A stretch of 64,000 nucleotides of DNA, from contig CAVXMC010000002.1 of NCBI GenBank assembly GCA_963762795.1, positions 840,717-904,716 on the forward strand, read 5' to 3'. Below the pieces are notes generated by a model, which did no database searches, was not told the origin of the DNA, and was given only the letters and a program-made list of their open reading frames with translations. The stretch is from an uncultured Actinomycetota bacterium (GTDB taxonomy: Bacteria > Actinomycetota > Actinomycetes > Mycobacteriales > SCTD01). The position numbers were made by a program, and so were the translations under genes. This document shows positions 23,731-33,140 of the stretch, in pieces (within the stretch, counting starts at the first letter, position 1; each line of letters starts with the position of its first letter).

Positions 23731-24658
23731 ATGCGCAGGCTCACCGGGACCACGGCCGAGGTGCTGGCCGTCCTGGCCCTCGTCGCGTCCTCGCTCCTGC
23801 TCGGCCTGGCGTCCCCCGCCGCGGCCGCGGTGCGCGAGATCCGCATCACGCAGGACGGGGCGGACCCGGTCGCGCTCGTCGTCGCCGCCGGCGACACGGT
23901 GCGCTTCGTCAACGCCGACACCTTCGTGCACCGGGTGGAGAGCAGCAGCGCCGGCTGGGACTTCGCGAGCGAGACGCTGCTCCCCGGCGAGGCGTACGAG
24001 GTGCCGACGCCGCTGACCGCGCCCGGCCGCTACACCTACCGGGGCAGCGGCCTCGACGACCTCGAGGGCAGCGTCACCGTGCCCGGGGCGACGACCAGCG
24101 CCGGTGCCTCGCCGGCGTCGCCGGCGTCGTCGGCGTCCGCGAGCCCGGCCGCCTCGCGCCACGCCGAGCCCGGGTGCCTCGACCTCCGCCTCCGCCGCCC
24201 CCTCGGGATCGGCCACCCCCTCCCCGGCCAGCACCGGCGGGACCGGGTCGGTGCAGGGCCCGCCGCCGCTGCTCGGCGGCGGCTTCCTCCCGCCCTCCGC
24301 GCCCGGGCAGGCCGGCCTGCCGCCGGCGGTGGCGCCGGCCCCCCTGCTGTCCGGTGCCCCGCTCGTCGCCGGCGCCCTCCCGACGACGGCGCCGGTCGAC
24401 CCCGAGGTCGCCCCGCAGTCGGCCGGCGACGCCGCCGTCACGGACCCGCTCGCCGTCGCGCCGGTCTCCGGTCCGCTGCCCGGGGCGCCCGACACCCGCC
24501 GGATGGGCCTGCCGGTGGTCCTCGCGCTGCTCAGCGCCGCCGCCGTGCTCTCGCTGCTCGTGCGCCTGCTGCTCGCGGAGCCGGTGGCCGGCCGGCTGCC
24601 CGCCCTGCCGCGTCCCGCGCTGCGCAGCGCGCCGACCGCGGACCCCGCCACCGGCTGA
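23731..24658 (+). CDS. Secreted/anchored protein with degenerate cupredoxin-like domain, Pro/Ser linker and C-terminal TM (frameshift near 24160)
   Basis: Signal peptide; VAAGDTVRFVN...H...PGRYTY...GSVTV; C-terminal GLPVVLALLSAAAVLSLLVRLL. Confidence 0.6.
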
Positions 24659-24737
24659 CGCCCCGTACGCCTGCCTGCTCGGCCCAGGAGCGCCCCCGCG
24701 CCCGCTGGTAGCCTCAGCAGGTTTGCTGACGCGAACA

Positions 24738-24787
24738 CCCTCCTGCCACGGACCGTCCGTGGCCGCTGAGTCCACAGGAGGAGGTGG
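24738..24787 (+). promoter_or_regulatory. rpsF leader RNA (S6:S18-binding autoregulatory element)
   Basis: CCTCCTG pairs with the SD-containing CAGGAGG; inner hairpin CCACGGAC/GTCCGTGG followed by CCG, matching the known S6:S18 leader architecture. Confidence 0.7.
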
Positions 24788-24792
24788 GTCAC

Positions 24793-25083
24793 TTGCGTCA
24801 CTACGAGCTCATGGTCATCCTCGACCCCGATCTGGAGGAGCGGACCATCGCTCCCTCGCTCGACACGTTCCTCAACGTCATCCGCAACGGCGGGGGCACC
24901 GTGGAGAAGGTCGACGTGTGGGGGCGGCGCCGCCTCTCCTACGAGATCGACAAGAAGCCCGAGGGCATCTACGCCGTCATCGACCTCAACGCCGAGCCGG
25001 CCCTGATGCAGGAGCTGGACCGTCAGCTCAACCTCAACGACGCCGTCCTGCGGACCAAGGTCCTCCGGCCCGAGATCCGCTAG
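24793..25083 (+). CDS. rpsF: 30S ribosomal protein S6
   Basis: (M)[16 protein letters not shown]...[10 protein letters not shown]; TTG start after GGAGGTGG. Confidence 0.98.
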   Translation: MRHYELMVILDPDLEERTIAPSLDTFLNVIRNGGGTVEKVDVWGRRRLSYEIDKKPEGIYAVIDLNAEPALMQELDRQLNLNDAVLRTKVLRPEIR

Positions 25084-25090
25084 CTCTTCC

Positions 25091-25112
25091 TGTCGGACCT
25101 GCCTGCCACGCT
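25091..25112 (+). promoter_or_regulatory. PafBC/RecA-NDp-like DNA-damage promoter upstream of ssb
   Basis: TGTCGG-N10-CACGCT versus consensus TGTCGG-N10-TANNNT. Confidence 0.55.
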
Positions 25113-25278
25113 GCGCAGGCCGTCACCCCGGCTCCACCACACACCGCACTCGCTCTTCCCCTTCCCCGCTCAGCCTGTGCGCGACCGACAGCGCACGCAC
25201 CCGACCCCACACACACATCTCCCGCTCCGGCGGGCGACAACACATCCCGCTCCGCGGGAAGGGCCCAGGAGGACCTGC

Positions 25279-25800
25279 ATGGCAGGCGAGACCGTCATCA
25301 CCGTCGTCGGGAACCTGACGAACGACCCCGAGCTCCGCTTCACCCCCAGTGGTGCAGCGGTCGCGAGCTTCACCGTTGCCTCCACTCCCCGGACGCTCGA
25401 CAAGGCGACCAACGAGTGGAAGGACGGCGAGGCGCTCTTCCTCCGCTGCAGCATCTGGCGCCAGGCGGCCGAGAACGTCGCCGAGTCGCTCACCCGCGGC
25501 AGCCGCGTGATCGTGCAGGGCCGGCTCCAGCAGCGGTCGTACGAGACCAAGGAGGGCGAGAAGCGCACGGTGATCGAGATGCAGGTCGACGAGATCGGCC
25601 CGTCCCTGAAGTACGCCACGGCCAAGGTCAACAAGACCTCGCGCGGTGGCGGCGGCGGCGGGTACGGCGGCGGTGGTGCACCTTCCGGTGGTGGTGGCGG
25701 CGGCTTCGGTGGCGGCGCCCCGGCTGACGACCCGTGGGCCTCGGCGCCCTCGGGCGGCGGCGGTGGCGGCGGCGGCTGGTCCGACGAGCCCCCCTTCTAA
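25279..25800 (+). CDS. ssb: Single-stranded DNA-binding protein
   Basis: [25 protein letters not shown]...Gly-rich tail...DEPPF. Confidence 0.98.
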   Translation: MAGETVITVVGNLTNDPELRFTPSGAAVASFTVASTPRTLDKATNEWKDGEALFLRCSIWRQAAENVAESLTRGSRVIVQGRLQQRSYETKEGEKRTVIEMQVDEIGPSLKYATAKVNKTSRGGGGGGYGGGGAPSGGGGGGFGGGAPADDPWASAPSGGGGGGGGWSDEPPF

Positions 25801-25828
25801 CTCCCTTCCCTGACCAGGAGATCTCCCG

Positions 25829-26065
25829 ATGGCCAAGCCACCGCCCCGCAAGCCGAAGAAGAAGGTCTGCCAGTTCTGCAAGGACAAGGCGACCTACATC
25901 GACTACAAGGACACCGGTCTGCTCCGCAAGTACATCTCGGACCGCGGCAAGATCCGCGCCCGTCGTGTCAGCGGCAACTGCAGCCAGCACCAGCGCGACG
26001 TCGCCGTCGCCGTGAAGAACAGCCGCGAGATGGCGCTCCTCCCCTACACCTCGACGGCGCGCTGA
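25829..26065 (+). CDS. rpsR: 30S ribosomal protein S18 (zinc-binding C+ form)
   Basis: CQFC...IDYKD...[11 protein letters not shown]...NCSQHQR. Confidence 0.98.
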   Translation: MAKPPPRKPKKKVCQFCKDKATYIDYKDTGLLRKYISDRGKIRARRVSGNCSQHQRDVAVAVKNSREMALLPYTSTAR

Positions 26066-26067
26066 TC

Positions 26068-26514
26068 ATGAAGCTGATCCTGAACCAGGACGTCCCGGGC
26101 CTCGGTGCCCCGGGCGATGTCGTCGAGGTCAAGGACGGCTACGGCCGCAACTACCTCGTGCCGCGCGGCTTCGCGCAGCTGTGGACCAAGGGTGCCGACA
26201 AGCAGATCGCCACGATCCGCCGGGCCCGCGAGGTCCGCGAGGTCCGCGACCTCGGTGCCGCCGAGCAGATCAAGGCGCAGCTCAGCTCGCTGAAGGTCGC
26301 CCTGCCGGCCCGCTCGGGTGAGGGCGGCCGGCTGTTCGGCTCCGTCACCCCGGGCGACATCGTCGACGCCGTCAGCAAGGCCGGCGGTCCCAAGCTCGAC
26401 AAGCGCCTGCTCACGCTGACGCCGATCAAGTCCCTCGGCCAGCACACCGTCACCGTGCGGGTGCACCCCGAGGTCGAGGCGACCCTGACGGTCGACGTCG
26501 TCGCCGCCAAGTAG
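26068..26514 (+). CDS. rplI: 50S ribosomal protein L9
   Basis: MKLILNQDVPGLG...VKDGYGRNYL...GRLFGSVT. Confidence 0.98.
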   Translation: MKLILNQDVPGLGAPGDVVEVKDGYGRNYLVPRGFAQLWTKGADKQIATIRRAREVREVRDLGAAEQIKAQLSSLKVALPARSGEGGRLFGSVTPGDIVDAVSKAGGPKLDKRLLTLTPIKSLGQHTVTVRVHPEVEATLTVDVVAAK

Positions 26515-26531
26515 CTCGTCCCACGCACGTC

Positions 26532-26573
26532 CCGCAGGCCCGGAGCTCCCGACAGGGGGCGCCGGGCCTGCGG
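26532..26573 (+). terminator. Hairpin after rplI
   Basis: CCGCAGGCCCGG...CCGGGCCTGCGG. Confidence 0.65.
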
Positions 26574-26935
26574 CGTTCCCGGGGGCGTGACGGGCGCGTA
26601 CGGGCTGCGCTACGCGGCGCTGCCGGGCAGGACCGCGCAGCGCTGCCGGTCTGCTGCTGCCCGGGGGCCAGGGGCACGCGGACCGCTGACGATCACCGCT
26701 GCGAGGTGCGACCGGGGTGCGGCGGGACGCGGCGAGACGCCGCGGGCGCGTGACCGCCGCGGGCCGGCGGGGCGGCGTCCGACGGGCGTTCTGTCGGTGC
26801 CGGGTGCTCTGCTGACGGCATGCCCGCTCCCCCGACGACCCGGTGCCCCGAGCCCGGGTGCTCGGCGGTCCGGACCGGCTTGCGTGACCGTCCAGTCGCC
26901 ATCTGTGACCGGGCACCTGGGCGGCCGGACTTTCT

Positions 26936-27077
26936 TCGTCCACAGGCTGGGGATGAGCCTGTGGGCAGGTGGCAGGAGTGATGTCGGTCGCACTGCGGCG
27001 TCCTGCACAGGCCGTCCCCAGGAGCCTCCACAGATCGCCACGCTCCGGTCCCCACCTTCCCCACAGCAGCGTCCACA
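26936..27077. promoter_or_regulatory. Cluster of degenerate DnaA boxes upstream of dnaB
   Basis: About eight 9-mers resembling TT(A/G)TCCACA on both strands, e.g. TCGTCCACA 26936, GCCTCCACA 27024, TTCCCCACA 27057, GCGTCCACA 27069. Confidence 0.65.
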
Positions 27078-27207
27078 GGGGCTCGCGACCGGCCCCCGCG
27101 ACACGTCGAGACCGGCCCTGCTCTGCCTGTAGAACTGCCGGGACGGACGGCGCCCGAGCGGGTGGCGCGCGCCGCGACGGGCACCAGCACGGAGAGAAGG
27201 ACGCAGC

Positions 27208-28594
27208 GTGAGCGACGGGGTCGTCGAGCTCCCGACGCAGGCCCACCGGCAGAGCGGCGGCGGAGCCGTCGAGTTCGAGCGGACGCCTCCGCAGGACGTC
27301 CCGGCCGAGCAGTCCGTCCTCGGCGGCATGCTCCTGAGCCGCGACGCGATCGCCGACGTCGTCGAGGTCCTGAAGGCGCCGGACTTCTACCGGCCGGCCC
27401 ACCAGACGATCTACGAGGCGATCCTCGACCTCTACGGCAAGGGCGAGCCGGCCGACCCGATCACGGTCTCGTCCTTCCTGCAGAAGAGCGGTGACCTCGC
27501 CCGGATCGGCGGCGCGCCCTACCTGCACACGCTGCTGTCGAGCGTGCCCGACCGCGGCCAACGCCGGCTGGTACGCCAAGATCGTCGCCGAGCAGGCGGT
27601 CCTGCGCCGGCTGGTCGAGGCCGGCACCCGGATCGTGCAGCTCGGCTACGCGGCGGGTGGCGGCGAGGTCGACGACATCGTCGACCGGGCGCAGCAGGCC
27701 ATCTACGACGTGACCGAGCGCCGGAGCAGCGAGGACTACACGCTGCTCGAGGAGCTCATGCAGCCGACGATGGACGAGCTGGAGGCGATCAGCGACCGCA
27801 GCGGGCAGATGAGCGGTGTGCCGACCGGCTTCGCCGACCTCGACGCGCTGACCAACGGCCTGCACCCCGGCCAGCTGATCGTGCTGGCCGGTCGTCCGGG
27901 TATGGGGAAGTCCACGGCAGGACTGGACATCGCCCGGTCGTGCTCGATCAAGAACGGCATGACCAGCGCCATCTTCAGCCTGGAGATGAGCAAGACCGAG
28001 ATCACCATGCGTCTGCTGTCGGCCGAGGCGCGGGTGCCGCTGCACCACATGCGCAGCGGCATGATGACCGACGACGACTGGGCCCGCCTGGCCCGGCGCA
28101 TGGGCGAGGTCGCCGAGGCGCCGCTGTTCATCGACGACAGCCCCAACCTGTCGATGATGGAGATCCGCGCCAAGGCCCGCCGCCTGCGCCAGCGCCACGA
28201 CCTGCGCCTCGTCGTCATCGACTACCTGCAGCTGATGAGCGGCAACAAGAAGGCCGAGAGCCGCCAGCAGGAGGTCTCCGAGCTCTCCCGCCAGCTCAAG
28301 CTGCTGGCCAAGGAGCTCGAGGTCCCGGTCATCGCGATGAGCCAGCTCAACCGTGGCCCGGAGCAGCGCACGGACAAGAAGCCGCAGCTGTCCGACCTGC
28401 GCGAGTCCGGCTCCATCGAGCAGGACGCCGACATGGTCGTGCTCCTGCACCGCGAGGACGTCTACGAGAAGGAGAGCCCGCGGGCCGGTGAGGCCGACTT
28501 CATCGTCGCCAAGCACCGCAACGGGCCCACCTCGACGATCACGGTCGCGTTCCAGGGCCACTACAGCCGCTTCGTCGACATGAGCCAGGGCTGA
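27208..28594 (+). CDS. dnaB: Replicative DNA helicase (frameshift near 27548; no intein)
   Basis: PPQDVPAEQSVLGGMLL, GRPGMGKS, IDYLQL, SQLNR, LRESGSIEQDAD, KHRNG. Confidence 0.97.
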
Positions 28595-28814
28595 CCGACG
28601 TGGAGGCTGGGGACGCCGCGGGGACGGGCGAGGGTCGCGCGACGCCCCGTGCGGACGTGCCGACGTTCCGCTGCGTCGCTGCCGTCCGCGCTGGTGCTGC
28701 CCCCGGTGCGTGCCGACCAGGCGGCCCCAGTTCCCCGCCGGCCAGCCCCTCGGCCGGCTGGCCGACCGCCCCGCGCGCTGGTGGTCGGCGCCGCAGACCG
28801 CGCCCGCTCAGCCC

Positions 28815-28840
28815 TGAACCGCCAGGCCCTCCCGCGCGTC
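28815..28840 (+). promoter_or_regulatory. ECF sigma-type promoter (SigL/SigM-like)
   Basis: TGAACC-N16-CGTC, 9 nt before the lipoprotein ATG. Confidence 0.5.
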
Positions 28841-28849
28841 CCAGTCAGC

Positions 28850-29775
28850 ATGTCCGTCCTGCGCACCCTCGCCGCCCTGCTCACCGCGGGCCTCCTGCTC
28901 ACCGCCTGCGGCGCCGGCCCCGACGCGGACAGCACGTTGGAGACCAGCCCCGCCGACCCGGTCCTGCGCGACGGCGACCGGGTGACCGCGACCGGCCGGG
29001 TCGTGCAGGTCCCGGGCAGCCGCGTGCGGTTCTGCGCGACCGAGGCGTTCGACGCGGTCGGCTACGCGCCGGGCACCGAGCCGCCGCCCCGGATGTGCGA
29101 GCAGGGGGTGTGGGTCGAGGGCGCCGACCTGGCCACGCTGCAGGACCGGCGGGAGAAGGCCGGCGCCGTCGAGGGCTGGGCCACCCTGACCGGCGTCCTG
29201 GAGGGCGACACGGTCCGGGTCGAGGAGCAGGCGGCGCCGGACCGGTCCCGGCCGGCCGAGGTCGGCCAGCACGTCCCGTGCCCGGCTCCGGCGGGCGGCT
29301 GGCCGCGCGACCCGGCGATCCTGCGCGGTCCCGGCTACCAGCCGGAGGGCGACGCCAACATGGATGCCGAGCGCCCGGCGCTCGAGCGCTACCGCGCGGA
29401 GCACCCGGGTGCGGTGCTGGACGTCGCGCTGCTGCGGCCCGTACCGCGACGCCGTCCTGCTGGGGGTGGTCGCGCGGGACGCGCAGGCGAAGGAGGAGGT
29501 CGAGGCGGCGCTGCGACCGGCGTACGGCACCCGGCTGTGCGTCGTCGTCGCCCGCTTCACCACAGGCCGAGCAGCAGGCGGCCGACGACGACCTGTCGCT
29601 GCTCGCCCCCGGCCGCCGCGAGCAGGGCGTGACCTCCAGCGGGTCCGGCATCAGCGACGACCTGCAGCTCGAGTTCCACCTCGACGTCGTGCGGATGACC
29701 GACGCGCTGCAGGAGGCGGTCGCCCGGCACCCGGCCGGGCTGGTGGACGTCCGCGCCTGGCTGACCCGGGTCTAG
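28850..29775 (+). CDS. Hypothetical lipoprotein (frameshifts)
   Basis: MSVLRTLAALLTAGLLLTAC lipobox; paired Cys motifs (RFC...RMC, PCPAPAGGW, RLCVV). Confidence 0.7.
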
Positions 29776-29807
29776 ACGGACCCCCGCCACTGCGACACGG
29801 TGACGCG

Positions 29808-30965
29808 ATGACCTCCCCGCTGCCGGCCCGCGCCTCCGTCGTGGTCGTCGGCGGCGGGGTCATGGGGGTCAGCACGGCGTTCCACCTGGCCGAGGCAGGC
29901 GTACGGGACGTGCTGCTGCTGGACAGCGGCTCCCTCGGCGGCGGCTCGACCTGCAAGGCGGCGGGCGGCGTACGCGCGATGTTCTCCGATGCGGTGAACA
30001 TCGCGCTGGGGCAGCGCAGCCTGGAGGCGTTCGCCCGGTTCGGGGAGCGGCCCGGGCAGGAGATCGACCTGCACCGCGTCGGCTACCTGTTCCTGCTCGA
30101 CCGGGCGGCGGACGTCGAGGCGATGACCGAGGCGGTGACGCTGCAGAACGCGCTCGGTGTCCCGAGCCTGATGATCAGCCCGGCCGAGGCGCAGCGGCTC
30201 TCCCCGCTGATCAGCACCGAGGGGCTGCTGGCCGCCGCCTGGTCCCCGACCGACGGCCACTGCACGCCCGAGTCGGTGGTGCTCGGCTACGCGACCGGCG
30301 CCCGGCGCCACGGCGCGACCCTCGTCCCGCACTGCGCCGTCACCGGCATCCGCACGGCCGACGGCACCGTCACCGGCGTGGTGACCGACCGCGGCACGGT
30401 CGCGACGGACACGGTCGTCTGCGCCGCCGGGCCGTGGTCGCAGCAGGTCGCCGCGATGGCCGGGGTCGACCTGCCGGTCACCCCCCTGCGCCGGCAGGTC
30501 CTGATCACCGAGCCGGTGCCCGACCTGCCGCCCGGCCTGCCCATGACCATCGACTTCACGACGTCGTTCTACTTCCACGGCGAGGGCCGCGGCCTGCTGA
30601 TGGGGATGAGCGACCCCGACGAGGTGCCTGGCTTCCGGCTCGAGCGGTCCGACGCCTGGCTGCCGCGGCTCAGCGACGCGGTGGCCCGTCGGGCGCCGTC
30701 GCTGACCGAGGTCGGGGTGCGCACCGGCTGGGCGGGGCTCTACGAGGTGACGCCCGACGCCAACGCCCTCATCGGCGAGGCGCGGGGCGTCAGCCGCCTG
30801 CTGTACGCGACCGGGTTCTCCGGCCACGGCTTCCTCATGGGGCCGGCCGTCGGTGAGGTGCTGCGCGACCTGGTCCTCGGGCGTACGCCGCCGGTCGACG
30901 TCTCCGGGCTCTCGGTCGACCGCCTGCACGCCGAGGCGCTGCGTCCCGAGGTGAACGTGGTCTGA
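29808..30965 (+). CDS. FAD-dependent oxidoreductase (DAO / sarcosine oxidase beta-like)
   Basis: VVVGGGVMG, GSTCKAAGGVR, WAGLYEVTPD, GFSGHGF. Confidence 0.92.
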   Translation: MTSPLPARASVVVVGGGVMGVSTAFHLAEAGVRDVLLLDSGSLGGGSTCKAAGGVRAMFSDAVNIALGQRSLEAFARFGERPGQEIDLHRVGYLFLLDRAADVEAMTEAVTLQNALGVPSLMISPAEAQRLSPLISTEGLLAAAWSPTDGHCTPESVVLGYATGARRHGATLVPHCAVTGIRTADGTVTGVVTDRGTVATDTVVCAAGPWSQQVAAMAGVDLPVTPLRRQVLITEPVPDLPPGLPMTIDFTTSFYFHGEGRGLLMGMSDPDEVPGFRLERSDAWLPRLSDAVARRAPSLTEVGVRTGWAGLYEVTPDANALIGEARGVSRLLYATGFSGHGFLMGPAVGEVLRDLVLGRTPPVDVSGLSVDRLHAEALRPEVNVV

Positions 30966-30966
30966 G

Positions 30967-31179
30967 CTACGGCTCGTCCGGGGCCGCCCCGCCGCCCGCG
31001 TTCTCCTCGCGTCGTCGGCGTCGGAGGTGGCCCGGTCGACGCCGATCAGCGCCGCCCGAAGAGCACGACGAGGGCGCCGGCGGCAGCAGGACGGCGATGG
31101 ACCCGTAGACGACGTCCTCGACGACGACCAGGAGCCGGTCGCCGGCGCGGACACGTGACGGAGGACGCTTCTCGGGCAT
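30967..31179 (-). pseudogene. Probable PsiE-family membrane protein remnant
   Basis: DRLLVVVEDVVYGSIAVLL then a shifted AGALVVLFG; resembles the first helix of actinobacterial PsiE-like proteins but is far too short. Confidence 0.35.
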
Positions 31180-31232
31180 GCCGGACTGTGGCCCACTCGG
31201 GGCCCGCGCGCACCCCTGACCCTGGAGAGCCG

Positions 31233-31941
31233 ATGCCCGCCACGACCGTGCCCGGCGCCGCGAGCGCGCCCGAGCTCGACGCCTACCTCGCCGTCCCCGC
31301 GGTCGGCACCGGCCCGTGGCCCGGCGTGGTGGTGCTGCACGAGGTGTTCGGGCTCAACGACGACACCCGCCAGCAGGCCGACCGGCTGGCGGCGGCGGGC
31401 TACCTGGCGCTCGCGCCGGACCTGTTCTCGGCCGGCGGTGTCCTGCGCTGCCTGCGGTCGACGTTCAGCGCGCTGTCCTCGGGGACGGGAGCGGCGTACG
31501 GCGACATCGAGGCGAGCCGGGCGCTGCTGGCCGGGCGCGAGGACTGCACCGGCAAGGTCGGCGTGATCGGGTTCTGCCTGGGAGGTGGCTTCGCGCTGAT
31601 GGCTGCCAGCCGCGGCTTCGACGCCTCAGCGCCCAACTACGGCCCGTTGCCGAGCGACCCGCACGAGGTGCTGCGCGGTGCGTGCCCGGTCGTCGCCAGC
31701 TTCGGCAAGCGCGACGTCGGCCTGCGCGGTGCGGCCGCCCGGCTCGACGCCGTCCTCACCGAGGTCGGCGTCGAGCACGACGTCAAGGAGTACGCCGGGG
31801 CCGGTCACTCGTTCCTCGAACCGGCACAACGCCGGGGCGCTGTCGGTGCTCGAGCGGGTGGCCGGCTTCCACTACCACCAGCCCTCGGCGGAGGACGCCT
31901 GGGCGCGGATCCTGCGGTTCTTCGCCACGCACCTCGGCTGA
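31233..31941 (+). CDS. Dienelactone hydrolase family protein (frameshift near 31818)
   Basis: VVVLHEVFGLND, IGFCLGG, YAGAGHSF, EDAWARILRFF. Confidence 0.92.
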
Positions 31942-31943
31942 GG

Positions 31944-32105
31944 TCAGGCGCGGACGGCCGCCTTGCCGGTGAGCAGCATGCCGGTCTCGCCGCAGCGGCA
32001 GCGGTAGGCGACGTGGATGCCCGCGTCGTCGTTCACGATCCCCAGGACCTGGCTGGGGCTGATCAGCTGGCGGCGCGAGCATCCCGCGCAGAACACGTCG
32101 AACAT
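31944..32105 (-). CDS. Small Cys-rich (zinc-ribbon-like) protein, 53 aa
   Basis: MFDVFCAGCSRRQLI...YRCRCG; SD AGAGGAGAGAG upstream; divergent from LysR. Confidence 0.7.
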   Translation of the reverse strand: MFDVFCAGCSRRQLISPSQVLGIVNDDAGIHVAYRCRCGETGMLLTGKAAVRA

Positions 32106-32214
32106 CGTCTCTCTCCTCTTCGGCGACCCGGACACCCGAGCGTCGACACGACGGTAGGTCGACTTGAGGCAGAGAGGTAGCCTCTCCTGTCTCTCCCAGC
32201 CATAGGGATCGCCT

Positions 32215-33139
32215 GTGCTTTCGCTGCACCACCTGCGCTGCTTCACCGCGGCGTACGAGCACCGCTCCTTCACCGCCGCGGCGGCCGAGCTCGGCTACGC
32301 GCAGCCGTCCCTGTCGGAGCAGATCCGGCTGCTGGAGCGCAGCGTCGGCGCGCAGCTGTTCACCCGGGCCGGTCGCGGCGTCATCCCGACCGAGGCGGCG
32401 CACGTGCTGCGGCCGCACGCCGAGCGCACGCTGGCTGCCGCGGCCGAGGCCCGGGCCGCCGTCGCGTCGGTGACCGCGCTGGAGACCGGGACCGTGCGCT
32501 TCGGCATCTTCGGCACGGCCCGGCTCTACATGGGCGCGACGCTGGTGGCCGACGTGCTCGAGCGCTACCCGGGGCTGCGGGTCGAGCTGATCGGGCAGAA
32601 CTCCGCCGAGGTGCTCGAGGAGCTGCGGCGGGGCCGGCTCGAGGCGGCGATGATCTCGCTGCCCGTGGCCGACGAGGGCATGGCGGTGCGGCCGGTCGCG
32701 CGCGAGGAGCTGGTCTACATCAGCGCCGACCACGACCGGCTGCGCACGCCGGTCACGGCGAAGGCCCTGGCGGCCGCGTCGCTGGTCGCTGCCCGAGGCG
32801 ACCTGGCGCACCCAGGACTCCACGCGGGTCGCTCTCGCCCGGTTCGTGCAGGAGTCGGGCCGGTCCCTGCAGACCCGGATCGAGGTCGAGGACGTCGAGA
32901 CCGCGGTCGAGCTGGTCGCGCGCGGGCTGGCCGACTCGGTGGTCCAGCGCGCCGTCCTCGAGGAGCTCGGGCCGCGGCTGGCACCGGACATCGGCTCGGT
33001 CTCCCTGCGGCCTCGGCTCTACGACACGGTCGCTGTGGTCCACCGCAAGGACGCGGTCCTCTCGCCCGGCGCCCGGCTGGTCATCGAGCTCGCGGTCGAC
33101 CGCCTGCGCGCCGTCACCGAGCCCCTGCTCGACCGCTGA
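32215..33139 (+). CDS. LysR-family transcriptional regulator (frameshift near 32792)
   Basis: SFTAAAAELGYAQPSLSEQIRLLE...LFTRAGRGV; dyad CATAGG-N5-CCTGTG overlapping the start. Confidence 0.93.
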
Positions 33140-33140
33140 C

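Noticed and set aside
26514-27208. oriC or a hidden CDS in the rplI-dnaB gap
   Set aside because: No dnaA/dnaN adjacent and no AT-rich unwinding element; ORFs there are low-complexity.
27530-27560. Programmed frameshift or split dnaB
   Set aside because: The same kind of single-base indel occurs in many unrelated genes with no slippery heptamer; best explained as sequencing error.
27890-28430. Intein in DnaB
   Set aside because: Walker A (GRPGMGKS) and RESGSIEQDAD regions are contiguous.
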